Virus record (IMG/VR): IMGVR_UViG_3300011102_000067
Span: 1-28,235 of that record
Direction: 5' to 3' (one strand)
Length of the DNA: 28,235 nt
Source of the DNA: a virus
Taxonomy: Duplodnaviria > Caudoviricetes
Shown here piece after piece: positions 1 to 8,205 of this stretch. Position numbers and translations under genes: made by a program. The stretch's first letter is position 1. Every line of letters starts with the position of its first letter. A model generated the notes under the pieces. It made no database searches and was not told the origin of the DNA. It saw only the letters and a program-made list of their open reading frames with translations.

Positions 1-2677
1 GGATACGGGATATGTAGGTTGCTTCTACAAGATCGTCAATATCGTCTATAGAAAGAGCACCAGAGCTTATCTCTGAACCCTTTTGACGAATAAAACTTTC
101 ACGAAGACCACGCTTGTATCCAGCAGAGCTTTCATCGATTGATCGCTGGAAAGCGTCAAACTCTTCCATGAATGATGCAAGAGGATCAGCAGCATTTGGG
201 TTCCACTTAATAGGAACCGGCACGCCCCAATCTCTTTCAAAAGCATCTAGACGATCCTTCAGAGCCTCTAGCGTTGCCTTTCTATTTCTAATTGCTTCTG
301 TGTAGCGGTCTACGTCCCCGATTTCTTCTGCGGCTAGTTCTTTAGCTAGACGCCCAAGTCTGTCGCCCTCAAGAGATTCAAGCTCAAGAGATGTTTGCTC
401 AATCAACTCCTGTAGATTTGAAGCATAGTCATTTGTGCGGCCAAATGCCTGAGGATTTATCTCAGTTGTTGTGCGGGCTTCAACCAGGAAGTCTCCACGT
501 CTTCTAGCTGCATACTGACTAACAAGACGCTCCCTAATCTGATTACGAATAGCGTTTCTATCTACCTCAGGTACAACGGGTGCTTGAATAATGTTGTCTG
601 GAATTTCTGCTAGAGCGTCACGAGAAACGTTTCCATCAGCCCCTCTAAAGCCCAATGCCTTAACGGCATTTAGTCGTGCCTGTGCAGCAGCTTCAGCATT
701 AATTGCAGCAACATTCTTGCCGTGAGCAACAGCCTCAGCATCAAGGGCATCGCCAACAAGGGCCGACGTAGCGGCAGAAGCTTTTTGTGCGTCAACAAGC
801 TCCCCGACCTTCTTCTTGAAGCCGTCAAAGTCCTTTGTGTTACGTAGCTCTTCCTGTAGATCATGCAGACCCTTTTGGAATTCGTCTGTGAATTGGAATG
901 TATCCTTGTGCTTGTGAACAAGATTGAAGAAGCTCTTGAAGGGTGCAACAAGTCCTCTAGCGATAGTCCCAATCATGATCATGCCCTGACCTGCGATATA
1001 TACAATCGGGCCAATCATAGCTAGGGCAGTAATGAATGTAACTAGACTCTTCTTTGATTCCTCGCTCATGTTTGTGAAACGCTGTAGAACGTTATTTAGC
1101 TTCTCTAGGAAGCCAGTAAGCATGGGAATGAGCGTCTTACCAAGCTCCTGACCGGCAGTAATGAGTCTTTGAATTTGCCCTGAAAGCTGAGTCGTTGGGT
1201 CCCCCAAGAAGATTGCTGCCTGATCGCCCCAACGCTGAAGTGCAGCATCGGTTTCCTTTCTGGCAATCTCCATAGCTTTTGCCAAGTCCTGACCCGATGC
1301 AGTTGTCTCATCCATCGATGCCATAAGCGACTCTAGGAGTGCTGTACCACGCTGAACCTGAGTAGCACCGAACAAGTTACGAAGAACGTTCTGAGTAATT
1401 TCTTGCTTGCCCTGCTCATTTAGGCTCTTAACACCCATAGCAAGCTGCTGCATCATCTCAAGACCAGTACGCATTCTACCATCAGGAGCACGGAATGAAA
1501 TATTGATTCCGCCCTCTGATCTAATTAGCTCAATGCTGTCCTTAAGTGCCTCAAGTCTTCCTGATGCACCAACATCCCCCTTGCCATCAACAGCAGCAAG
1601 AGCGGGTACAAGTCTGTTTAGACCGCTACGTAGTGCGTTGGCTGCCTCGTCAGCATCAATACCGTGCTGAGTGAACCCTGCTAGAAGTGCAGCAGATTCT
1701 TCAATACTAATACCAAGTTGCTTTGCATATACAGCGACTCTTGGTAGTGAAGAAGAAAGCTCTGCTAGAGAAATAGAAGTCTCGTCAGAGATTTCGTCCA
1801 ATCTCGACAGAGTTGCCTCTAGCTCCCTTCCGGAATAACCTGCCTGTGCAAGAACCCGCACCATCTCTGCGGCAGTCTTAGTATCTACGTCACCGATAGA
1901 AGCGAACTGAACAGTTGCCCTAGTAAGCCCTTCAATATCTGTAAGACCGATCTGAGCAAAGATTGTCTGGATTTCCTTAATCTCAGTGCGAGCCATACCC
2001 CACGTTGCAGATAAATCCTTCGACTGCTGATCAAGCTGGGCTAGACCTTGAGCACTACCGTTCCAAAGACGTGAAAGCTGCCTGTCAAGCTTTCCTACTT
2101 CAATTGCTGAGTTAACAGCAACATATCCAATGCCAAGTAGAGGCATTGTGATACCGACCATCATCTGACGACCCGTCCACTGAGCATTCTTACCCATATT
2201 GATAAGGCTCTTGGACATATTGTCTAGGGTTCTCGTTACCAAGTTGCCCTTAAGCATGTAACGCTCAAAAGCCATTGACGAGTCGCTAAGTGACTTCAGT
2301 GCCCCCTTATGAATAACAAGTGTGTTCTCTGCCTCAAGGTTGAACCGATACAGAGCGTCACGAAGGCCCCGAACTGACTTCAGGTATCTCTTGTCAATAA
2401 CGTCAGAATTTCCTGCCCATGCACGGGTCAGGAATTCGCCCTGAGTTCCAGCCAGCTTTGCGCCAGTCGTGTACTCTCTAAGCCCACTAGATGCCTTCTT
2501 TAAAGCACCAGCCGTCTTGTTAATAGCACCCGCATTAACGCCCGTAGAAACAGCAGCATTAGCCTTAACACCAGCAGTAGAAACTTGCTTTAGTTGCTTC
2601 TCTACCTGCCGGATGGCTGCAATTGCGCTTTTGGCGTCACCAGTTAGTTGAATATTAATTACGATGGGTGCGGACAA
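1..2677 (-). CDS. Tape measure protein (3' end outside window)
   Basis: Not in the ORF track because it runs off the edge. TTG start at 2677 after AGGTG gives MSAPIVINIQLTGDAKSAIAAIRQVEKQLKQV...; the same frame is open at the left edge (ALSIDDIDDLVEATYISRI). Ala/Leu-rich helical sequence directly downstream of major tail and chaperone genes. Confidence 0.9.
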   Translation of the reverse strand, partial: MSAPIVINIQLTGDAKSAIAAIRQVEKQLKQVSTAGVKANAAVSTGVNAGAINKTAGALKKASSGLREYTTGAKLAGTQGEFLTRAWAGNSDVIDKRYLKSVRGLRDALYRFNLEAENTLVIHKGALKSLSDSSMAFERYMLKGNLVTRTLDNMSKSLINMGKNAQWTGRQMMVGITMPLLGIGYVAVNSAIEVGKLDRQLSRLWNGSAQGLAQLDQQSKDLSATWGMARTEIKEIQTIFAQIGLTDIEGLTRATVQFASIGDVDTKTAAEMVRVLAQAGYSGRELEATLSRLDEISDETSISLAELSSSLPRVAVYAKQLGISIEESAALLAGFTQHGIDADEAANALRSGLNRLVPALAAVDGKGDVGASGRLEALKDSIELIRSEGGINISFRAPDGRMRTGLEMMQQLAMGVKSLNEQGKQEITQNVLRNLFGATQVQRGTALLESLMASMDETTASGQDLAKAMEIARKETDAALQRWGDQAAIFLGDPTTQLSGQIQRLITAGQELGKTLIPMLTGFLEKLNNVLQRFTNMSEESKKSLVTFITALAMIGPIVYIAGQGMIMIGTIARGLVAPFKSFFNLVHKHKDTFQFTDEFQKGLHDLQEELRNTKDFDGFKKKVGELVDAQKASAATSALVGDALDAEAVAHGKNVAAINAEAAAQARLNAVKALGFRGADGNVSRDALAEIPDNIIQAPVVPEVDRNAIRNQIRERLVSQYAARRRGDFLVEARTTTEINPQAFGRTNDYASNLQELIEQTSLELESLEGDRLGRLAKELAAEEIGDVDRYTEAIRNRKATLEALKDRLDAFERDWGVPVPIKWNPNAADPLASFMEEFDAFQRSIDESSAGYKRGLRESFIRQKGSEISSGALSIDDIDDLVEATYISRI

Positions 2678-2691
2678 GGGCTATCACCTAT

Positions 2692-2726
2692 TAAAAAGAT
2701 TGGGCTACCTGCTAAGTATAGCCCAA
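2692..2726 (-). terminator. Possible hairpin/terminator between chaperone and tape measure genes, overlapping a TATACT -10-like hexamer
   Basis: Minus strand reads TTGGGCTA-TACTTAGCAGG-TAGCCCAA followed by TCTTTTT. Confidence 0.4.
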
Positions 2727-2739
2727 CCTTAGTTTAACG

Positions 2740-3117
2740 TCATACACGTTGGTAACCAAGACCGATGGAATCGAACGATGCTTCACCGGACTTCAATACT
2801 TCTTCCTTGTGTGCTTTCCACTGACGTTCCCGCTCAAGAAGCTCTGGTGGCAGGTCGTCATCACCAGACTCTTCCTTACCGCGCCACTCACCAATATCGA
2901 TGCCCTGGAATGATCCGAGCATTCTAAAGTGATTATGGCGCTCTTCTGCGTATACTTCGTTCAGCAGCAATAATTCATCAAGAATTAGGCATTCCTCTAG
3001 CTCATCGAAATTACGCCAAGGGCCAATGCCATTTACAATTAGTCGAGCTTCAATCTCGGAGAAAGGAATGTCTTCAAAGGCTATGCCTTCCCCCGAGCTT
3101 ACTCTTCCGGGGCGGCA
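2740..3117 (-). CDS. Tail assembly chaperone, downstream (-1 frame, gpT-like) part
   Basis: The frame is open from 3117 to 2740 (...GIAFEDIPFSEIEARLIVNGIGPWRNFDELEECLILDELLLLNEVY...). It is -1 relative to the upstream chaperone, overlaps that gene's end and has no start codon until TTG 2970. Classic position before the tape measure gene. Confidence 0.75.
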   Translation of the reverse strand, partial: CRPGRVSSGEGIAFEDIPFSEIEARLIVNGIGPWRNFDELEECLILDELLLLNEVYAEERHNHFRMLGSFQGIDIGEWRGKEESGDDDLPPELLERERQWKAHKEEVLKSGEASFDSIGLGYQRV

Positions 3118-3410
3118 TTACCCATTGCTACATTCATCATCTCATTGAAACAAGCAAGGTCAATGGCCTCTTCTAGATTGTCACGGTCGGCAACAAGAAT
3201 TGGGTCCACCTTCTCAAGAATGATCGAGGCGGCATCCATCATTGTGTCAATCTCTTCATCATTAAGAGACGCACCATCTGTTGTGCTACCTAGCTTGTCA
3301 ATCAGCTTTACGAACTTACGTAGCTGCTTAATGCTCAATGGCTTAATGTGACGAGTTACATCATCTGCGAATAAGATATCCTTACCTCGTCTAACATCAT
3401 GTTTATCCAT
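3099..3410 (-). CDS. Tail assembly chaperone (gpG-like)
   Basis: ATG at 3410 with GGAGG 5 nt upstream; lies between major tail and tape measure genes; IKPLSIKQLRKF motif and acidic helical C-terminus. Confidence 0.8.
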   Translation of the reverse strand: MDKHDVRRGKDILFADDVTRHIKPLSIKQLRKFVKLIDKLGSTTDGASLNDEEIDTMMDAASIILEKVDPILVADRDNLEEAIDLACFNEMMNVAMGNAAPEE

Positions 3411-3438
3411 GTGAACCTCCAAAGTTCAGTCTAAGGTT

Positions 3439-3447
3439 AGAATAGCA
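3439..3447 (-). promoter_or_regulatory. Extended -10 promoter TGCTATTCT
   Basis: TGn+TANNNT in an intergenic gap; one of four near-identical copies (3439, 10300, 17173, 22033). Confidence 0.55.
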
Positions 3448-3470
3448 AAAGCCGCCTTAGGGCGGCTTTT
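3447..3470 (-). terminator. Rho-independent terminator after major tail gene (potentially bidirectional)
   Basis: AAAAGCCGCC-CTAA-GGCGGCTTTT perfect inverted repeat. Confidence 0.8.
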
Positions 3471-3504
3471 ACGTTCAGATATTTAGTTGTTAGTGCTTTA
3501 AGCC

Positions 3505-4050
3505 TTAGCTCTCAGCATCGACTACAACGCCGTATTCCTGTCCGGTACGAGAGCCATCAGGGAGGATACGGAATTCAACAGGGAATACCGTTGCCTCGCC
3601 TCTCTTGTAAGAGTGGCCCGATGCCGAAACCGAAACTGCACGGTAGCATGTGTAGGTACGATCAAGACCCTCGGGCGACTTACCTGTGAACCGCAGCATA
3701 CGCTCAGTTGGCTTACCCGTTGGGTTAACACCAAGCTTCAGTTCACCACCAAGAACACCCGGTGTGTAAGCAGCATCCGGACGACCCCAAGCGATAGCTA
3801 GGTTTGCCAGAGTTGCCTCAGCAAGCGTTGTCTTAATCATAACCTTAACCGACTGCTCAATCAGCTTAGCAGCATCGCCAAGCTGGTCAACAATAATGTC
3901 AACAATGTCAGGCTCTAGTGTAATCTCAACACCATCAATCGTGTAGCCCATGTCTGCTAGCGGTGTTGCGGGATTGCCGTTTGCATCCAGTTCACCAGAC
4001 AGTTCAATGGTACCGACACCGACTAGAATATTCTTTACCTGTCGTGCCAT
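3505..4050 (-). CDS. Major tail (tube) protein
   Basis: ATG 4050 after AGGAGG; about 180 aa with LADMGYTIDGVEI, VDQLG and SYKRGEATVFPVEF segments typical of siphovirus tail tube proteins; own promoter and terminator; precedes chaperone and tape measure. Confidence 0.85.
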   Translation of the reverse strand: MARQVKNILVGVGTIELSGELDANGNPATPLADMGYTIDGVEITLEPDIVDIIVDQLGDAAKLIEQSVKVMIKTTLAEATLANLAIAWGRPDAAYTPGVLGGELKLGVNPTGKPTERMLRFTGKSPEGLDRTYTCYRAVSVSASGHSYKRGEATVFPVEFRILPDGSRTGQEYGVVVDAES

Positions 4051-4120
4051 TTTCAAATTCCTCCTAAAAAATTAAAGACCTAGGGATAGCGGCCACCATC
4101 CCGCCAAATCCTCTATCCTG

Positions 4121-4149
4121 AAAGTACATCGAATAGAGTTTTACTGCAA
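4121..4149 (-). promoter_or_regulatory. Sigma70/SigA-like promoter for major tail gene
   Basis: TTGCAG-17 nt-TACTTT in the intergenic gap. Confidence 0.55.
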
Positions 4150-4150
4150 A

Positions 4151-4918
4151 TTACCTTCTATTGATACTGGTGGGTATTCCAAGTGACTTGGAACTCATAA
4201 ACCGACCAGCACCCGTAGGGGTTTTACCGATGACTAGAATCTGACCTCTCGACGTAACTGTTACTTTGTGTACGCCCATCTGAGCCAAGGACGTAGCTGA
4301 TACGCCAGCCCGCCTTAATGCGGCTCTAGCAGACCTATCAATTTGAACCTTGCCACCAGTGGCCTTCGTAATATTTTCGGCTGCTATGTTCGATGCAGAG
4401 ATGGCGGCTACACCCACTAAGAATGGGTTTAATTGTACAGCTAGACTTTGTACAAGACTTCTAATAGAGCCAATATAAGGTGAGCTAGCAGTGATAGCCG
4501 TGCCATACCTCTGCACAGTCTTACCGCCAATATCCTTTCTATATGTTACTTGATCCTGGCTTTCATCTCTGTTACGTCCATACTCATGAACCATCCACAA
4601 GTTAACGTCAGGAGATGAAACCTGCGGGACTGTCCCATCACTTCTAGGTGGGTGGCCTGCCTCACCTTCAGACATACCTGAAATATTCAGGATGATGGAC
4701 GATCCCGATACAGTAATTTCAATCTTGGTACGGGCAGCCATGAATGGGCCAATGCCCTCGCCCAAGTCTTCAGCAATTCTATTCAAGATAAATTGACGAG
4801 CAGCCAAGCCAAGCCCGTAGCCCTCAGACTGAATCTGTGCCCGGTGCTTCTTAGTCGTACCCTCAATACGAGCTACGATTGCTCTGGCTTCTTCGTCATC
4901 TACCTTTACTTTAAACAC
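4151..4918 (-). CDS. Putative neck/tail-completion protein (HK97 gp10-like, uncertain)
   Basis: 255-aa ORF between capsid and major tail genes; N-terminal MFKVKVD and an internal VHEYG motif resemble gp10-like neck proteins. Confidence 0.45.
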   Translation of the reverse strand: MFKVKVDDEEARAIVARIEGTTKKHRAQIQSEGYGLGLAARQFILNRIAEDLGEGIGPFMAARTKIEITVSGSSIILNISGMSEGEAGHPPRSDGTVPQVSSPDVNLWMVHEYGRNRDESQDQVTYRKDIGGKTVQRYGTAITASSPYIGSIRSLVQSLAVQLNPFLVGVAAISASNIAAENITKATGGKVQIDRSARAALRRAGVSATSLAQMGVHKVTVTSRGQILVIGKTPTGAGRFMSSKSLGIPTSINRR

Positions 4919-5190
4919 TAGTCAGCGTAATAATCCTCTACGTCTTCGGGAGTAGCCACTACGAAATACACATAGTTGTCTTCTCCAAAAGACAGCAGGT
5001 GTTGGGCTTCTTCCTCATCTACTAATTGAAACGGATGCGCCTTCCAAAAGCGAGTCCCTTTTTCAGATGTATATGAAGCGGGTCCCTTCTTCATCTTAAG
5101 AAGAACCTTGCCCTTACGCTTTCTACCGTCAAGAAGATCACGGTAGTCAAATACAACTGTGCCTGCGACCTTCAATCTACGTTCACGCAT
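4918..5190 (-). CDS. Hypothetical protein in head-tail region
   Basis: ATG 5190 with GGAGG upstream; stop overlaps the next start by 1 nt. Confidence 0.7.
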   Translation of the reverse strand: MRERRLKVAGTVVFDYRDLLDGRKRKGKVLLKMKKGPASYTSEKGTRFWKAHPFQLVDEEEAQHLLSFGEDNYVYFVVATPEDVEDYYAD

Positions 5191-5210
5191 AATAACCTCC
5201 ATGCATAAAT

Positions 5211-5222
5211 TAGCAGAGCCGG
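5211..5222. repeat. 12-bp direct repeat (copy downstream of HNH)
   Basis: tagcagagccgg, 11/12 identical to tagtagagccgg at 5578-5589. Confidence 0.7.
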
Positions 5223-5227
5223 GGACG

Positions 5228-5569
5228 TTACGACCTCCAATCTGAATTATTCTTGGTCTTCAGCCTATGACAGTTGGCGCACAGTGTTTGCAGATTGGAT
5301 GGTTCATTATTCGCCTTGTTTCCATCTACATGATCTACGTCTAACTGACAGGAATCTTCGGGAATAAACCCACACCGTTCACATCTATCTTTCTTATGTT
5401 TTCTATATGGATGCTTCCTAAGATTTTCACGGGCGTTGTCGGCCTTAGAGCAACGCCAAATTATTGAGCCGTTAGCTCGATACCCTTTACGACGTATCTT
5501 TACGCCCTTACCGCATTCAATACAGTTTGCTGTTCTATCTTCCTCATTTATTTTGAAAAGCGAATGCAT
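5228..5569 (-). CDS. HNH endonuclease with N-terminal Zn-binding region
   Basis: CERC...LDVDHVDGNKANNEPSNLQTLCANCH HNH signature; CIEC near the N-terminus; no SD, TACTAT-N7-ATG upstream. Confidence 0.9.
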   Translation of the reverse strand: MHSLFKINEEDRTANCIECGKGVKIRRKGYRANGSIIWRCSKADNARENLRKHPYRKHKKDRCERCGFIPEDSCQLDVDHVDGNKANNEPSNLQTLCANCHRLKTKNNSDWRS

Positions 5570-5581
5570 ACCTACAATAGT

Positions 5582-5610
5582 AGAGCCGGTGGCTACATGC
5601 CACCGGCTCT
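5582..5610 (-). terminator. 12-bp-stem hairpin after major capsid gene
   Basis: AGAGCCGGTGGC-ATGTA-GCCACCGGCTCT perfect inverted repeat; weak U-tract. Confidence 0.6.
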
Positions 5611-5637
5611 TGCTAGTAAATTCATACCACCTAGCTA

Positions 5638-6645
5638 TTAGCTAATTGCAGCGGCGTCAACCTTGATATCCGATACCGTTACGGCAGCGTCAAGGTTCTC
5701 AATCTGGTTCGCAACTCTCGTGTACACTGTGTACTCGATGGCGTCCTTCTTGGGCTTGTACTCACGGTAGACCTTAATCTCACGCTGTACACCAACGATC
5801 ATGTTCTGTGGGAATGTCCACACCCCATAACCATGATCACCCGTTGCGCCTGAGTAAGAACCACTTACATCTTCCGGCCAAAGCGGAATTTCAACAGGCT
5901 CTACACCGAAAGGCTTCAGGAAGATGCTCCCGCCACCCTTACCATTGACACCACCAGGGTTCGTGTATGCACGCTCCTGAATGTTCAGGAATGCACCACC
6001 CGTGTTGTCAGTTGTGATGTTGAGGAAGTCCTGTAGAAGACCTGGTGATGTGAAGAAACGAAGGTCGCCTCTACGTGACAGGTACTTTCTAGGCATTTCC
6101 TTAACAACCTTGTTGAATACTGATTTGTTTAGCTTTGCACCACCGGCAGAAACAACGTGTGAACCTGCCAGGAATCTCTTAACAAAACCATCAAGGGCTG
6201 AAAGTAGGGCATCACCGCCACCCGTATCTCCATTGATGTATAGGTCTTCAAGGTCGTTACCAAGCTGTGTTGCCATCAGCCGTGCAACGTGATCCTCAAG
6301 AGCGTCACCTTCAAGGTTATCCTCTAGTGATTCCGTTGTCAGTTCCCAGTCAAGTCTAATCTTGACCGTTGTCATCGAAATCTTTGCAAACGTCGGATCG
6401 ACATTCTGGCCGTCGTCAACACCCTCAGAAGCCTTACGGGCGAGTCTACGACCAACAGCAATCTTATCAATTTCCTGCGTTGGGTTGTTCATCTTAACCC
6501 GACGCACCATAGAAGTCAGAGCGGTTTCATCCCACATGTAGTCGATGAAGCGGTTTGCCTGCTCTGGCTTCAGGATACCGCCACCAGCAGCGCCAATGGC
6601 TGTGGTGTTAAGAACCTTTTCAAGTAGTTCTTCTGCTGTAGACAT
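5638..6645 (-). CDS. Major capsid protein (HK97 fold)
   Basis: 335 aa, AGGAGG SD, follows protease/scaffold; GGGILKPEQANRFID, LEDNLEG, NDLEDLYING and YTVYTRV segments typical of HK97-fold capsids. Confidence 0.93.
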   Translation of the reverse strand: MSTAEELLEKVLNTTAIGAAGGGILKPEQANRFIDYMWDETALTSMVRRVKMNNPTQEIDKIAVGRRLARKASEGVDDGQNVDPTFAKISMTTVKIRLDWELTTESLEDNLEGDALEDHVARLMATQLGNDLEDLYINGDTGGGDALLSALDGFVKRFLAGSHVVSAGGAKLNKSVFNKVVKEMPRKYLSRRGDLRFFTSPGLLQDFLNITTDNTGGAFLNIQERAYTNPGGVNGKGGGSIFLKPFGVEPVEIPLWPEDVSGSYSGATGDHGYGVWTFPQNMIVGVQREIKVYREYKPKKDAIEYTVYTRVANQIENLDAAVTVSDIKVDAAAIS

Positions 6646-6659
6646 TTTTTCCTCCTAAA

Positions 6660-8168
6660 TTACTTGACTAGGTACTCGGGCAGGAGCGATCCTGACCAAA
6701 AACCTTCGTCACTCTTTTCAATCTTCTCACCGGAATTACCGGCATCCTCGCCAGACTTCTTAACTGCACCACCGTTTTCTAGCGCTTCAACACGCTCGAC
6801 TAGTGCGTCTAGCTCCGACTTAAGCTCTGTCTTAACAGTCTCAACAGCTTCAGCGGTTGCGACCTTCTCAAGAGCCTCAGTGATCTTTACTAGAGACTCC
6901 CCAATCTGCCCCAGCTTCTCATCAGCAGACTTTGTGATTTCTTCCTTGACAGCTTCAATTGCTTCATCAACTGCCTTGGTTACATCTTCGTTTGTCATTT
7001 CTGGTGTTTCACCTTCCTCGTTATTTTCTGCCCCACCAGACTCTACATCTTCGGCGGGAGTCTCAGGATTACCTGTTACAAAATCAATAAACTTGCGGAA
7101 CAGAGACTTCTCTTGTTCAGTAAGCTCTACATTAGTGATATCAGAATTTGCATTCTCATGCAAAGTCTCATCGTTCTTTTTCATGTTTACTCCTTTATCA
7201 TCGGACTTCTCTGCCTTCTCAGCATGATACTTAGCATCTTCTGCTTCCCATCTGCATGAGCTACGTAGATCGCAAAGCATCTCTGATGCTCTAGCAACTA
7301 CACTGTCTGCATTGTTTGCAATTGCTTCATCACGCCATGCTTCGACAGCAGAGATAACACCCTTCATTGCGGGGGTAAGGTCAACGAATTCACCTGTTTC
7401 CCCGTTATAAGCCTTTTCGATTTCTCCATCGGCCACTGTGTCATCAACCTCCACGTCTTCGCCATCGGCTGACTTAATCAGTGTGATCTTTGCCAGACGA
7501 TTACACGGATTATCAACAAGTGATAGCTCCGTTAGCTTGTATTTAGTAATGCGCCAAATGTTCTTGACGCCTTCAGCAGTTTTGAGAATGTCCCGCTGCT
7601 TTTCTAGTGTTGCCCCTCCGATGGAGAAGCCAGAAAGAGTGCCGTCGAGAACCTTTTGCCAGGTATCTTCAGCACCCTTCGAAATCTTTGCTCTAACCCA
7701 AATGCCGTTGTATTCCTCTCCCGTTTCGGGATCAGTATATACATCTGTCTTCCAGTCGATTGCCTTGCCCACAGCAATCTTTTGGTGCATCTCTCTGATG
7801 TTCCCAAACCAGTCACTAAATGCCTCTACTGAAGCATCCAAATCAACTAGGTCGCCAGCTTGATCGACGTTATTGAGTGTAGCGAAACCTTCAACAATTC
7901 GCTTCTGAACATCGATCTTCATAATCGGAGCACCAAATACGAATGTGTCGTCTTCTTCATTCAGCACGAAATCTGTATCCATGCTTTTACCCCATTTTCC
8001 ATTAGAATTTTTGCTATATCCCGCACGCTTTACAGCAGCCCAAGCGATCTTGGAGGCTTCGGTTTCACTCTGCCCCTCATCGAGAGCTTGGTTGAAAGCT
8101 TTCATCCAAACCGATTGACCGGCTTTTGGAAGGACTCTTGCTGCTTCTGGCAATACGTTCTTTGGCAT
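6660..8168 (-). CDS. ChaB-domain / prohead protease / scaffold fusion protein
   Basis: N-terminal LPKAGQSVWMKAFN...ASKIAWAAVK...Y..K..GKW (ChaB); middle VEGFAT, DQAGD, REMH, GFSIGG and ELSLVDNPCN (HK97/XkdF-like serine protease); acidic coiled-coil C-terminus. Confidence 0.88.
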   Translation of the reverse strand: MPKNVLPEAARVLPKAGQSVWMKAFNQALDEGQSETEASKIAWAAVKRAGYSKNSNGKWGKSMDTDFVLNEEDDTFVFGAPIMKIDVQKRIVEGFATLNNVDQAGDLVDLDASVEAFSDWFGNIREMHQKIAVGKAIDWKTDVYTDPETGEEYNGIWVRAKISKGAEDTWQKVLDGTLSGFSIGGATLEKQRDILKTAEGVKNIWRITKYKLTELSLVDNPCNRLAKITLIKSADGEDVEVDDTVADGEIEKAYNGETGEFVDLTPAMKGVISAVEAWRDEAIANNADSVVARASEMLCDLRSSCRWEAEDAKYHAEKAEKSDDKGVNMKKNDETLHENANSDITNVELTEQEKSLFRKFIDFVTGNPETPAEDVESGGAENNEEGETPEMTNEDVTKAVDEAIEAVKEEITKSADEKLGQIGESLVKITEALEKVATAEAVETVKTELKSELDALVERVEALENGGAVKKSGEDAGNSGEKIEKSDEGFWSGSLLPEYLVK

Positions 8169-8205
8169 AGTATCTATTAAACAGAAAACCAGGCTCTATT
8201 GCGAA

